A DNA stretch of 54,157 bases from Paramecium tetraurelia (lineage: Eukaryota): contig CT868062.1 of NCBI GenBank assembly GCA_000165425.1, forward strand, positions 124,001 through 178,157. Direction: 5' to 3'. Positions 53,420-54,157 of the stretch are shown here, piece after piece. A model generated the notes under the pieces. That model was not told the DNA's origin and made no database searches. It was given only the letters and a program-made list of their open reading frames with translations. Numbering within the stretch: position 1 is the first letter of the stretch; the number at the start of each line of letters is the position of its first letter. The position numbers were made by a program, and so were the translations under genes.

Positions 53420-54016
53420 TCCTTAAAGTAAGATTTGTGAGGTAAGCAGGAAATTCTATGCATGTTCTATTACCTTAAGTTTATTTTCCAGATCATTCTA
53501 TTTCTTGACTACTACTCAGTGGTTTATTCTCATTTGCGAAATTAATTCTGGCTCCTTACTGAATATTGGTCAGACATCTTCCCTTCAACTAATGGTAATC
53601 TTATTTACTCCTCTTATTGTTTCTTCTCCAGGATTTTAAAGATTCCCTCTATTCTCCAACTCTTGTTGATTGTTCTCTACTACTAAGTTTCCTCAAAGTG
53701 GTTGTTTTCGTTAGCTTTTTTCTTCCTTTGCCATTTTTATATAGTTAGACCAGTCCTTTGAAATATATTGTATTCCTTTACTATTCTTATCCGTATATAC
53801 TTTCTTATGTTCTAATATTCCTATTTATATTGAGCTTCTGTCTGGGAAAGAGTTCCGCTTATGTAATAGGATCCTAGCTTGAATGTTTGATGATACTGTC
53901 TTTATGTATCATTCTTTAAGATTCTGATTGCACATTCTGATAAATAGTGACTACATCTAATTAAAAATCGGTTTTCCTCTCCTTACTTAGTAATCCAGCT
54001 TTTGGTGTTCTGACGA
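53420..54016 (-). mobile_element. Possible degenerate retroelement-derived or germline-type sequence
   Basis: Purine-rich minus strand with broken frames; RRGKPIFNQMQSLFIRMCNQNLKE*YIKTVSSNIQARILL loosely resembles the region after a non-LTR RT core. No catalytic motif seen. Confidence 0.2.
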
Positions 54017-54098
54017 GGGTTTGGGGTTGGGTTTGGGTTTGGGTTTGGGTTTGGGGTTGGGGTTGGGTTTGGGTTTGGGGTTGGGGTTGGGGTTGGGG
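54017..54098 (+). repeat. Paramecium-type telomeric repeats (mixed GGGTTT/GGGGTT)
   Basis: About 13-14 hexamers, G-rich strand running 5' to 3' toward the right end. Confidence 0.95.
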
Positions 54099-54157
54099 AT
54101 GGGCTGGGAGATTATAAGGGTGTCATTAACTGTAGACTCAGTTTTCCCGTGCGTCTT

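Overview
AT-rich ciliate macronuclear DNA, very likely from a Paramecium aurelia-complex species such as P. tetraurelia. Conserved genes read through TAA/TAG as Gln and stop only at TGA (translation table 6), introns are about 20-30 nt GT..AG, and a mixed GGGTTT/GGGGTT telomeric tract lies near the right end. The standard-code ORF track therefore shows only fragments; all gene models here were translated by hand with the ciliate code. The window holds about 35 tightly packed genes or gene relics, including deoxyhypusine synthase, a Rab21-like GTPase, two CAMK-type kinases, a Myb factor, a Sec23/24-type Zn-finger+vWA protein, ATG8, a C2-like protein, a tandem Coa1-like protein, histone H2A with a C-terminal SQ motif, an FCP1/NIF phosphatase, CFAP144/FAM183, a WD40 protein and a SHIPPO-repeat protein. 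The most distinctive features are (1) three co-oriented, apparently intronless genes made of about 10-13 divergent ubiquitin-like domains with no terminal di-Gly, (2) two distant MG-(x)-CC proteins sharing an unnamed Cys/His C-terminal domain, (3) many frame-disrupted genes, and (4) a decayed subtelomere with a pentapeptide/WD40 relic, an 824-nt gap, a possible retroelement relic and telomere repeats followed by non-telomeric sequence.
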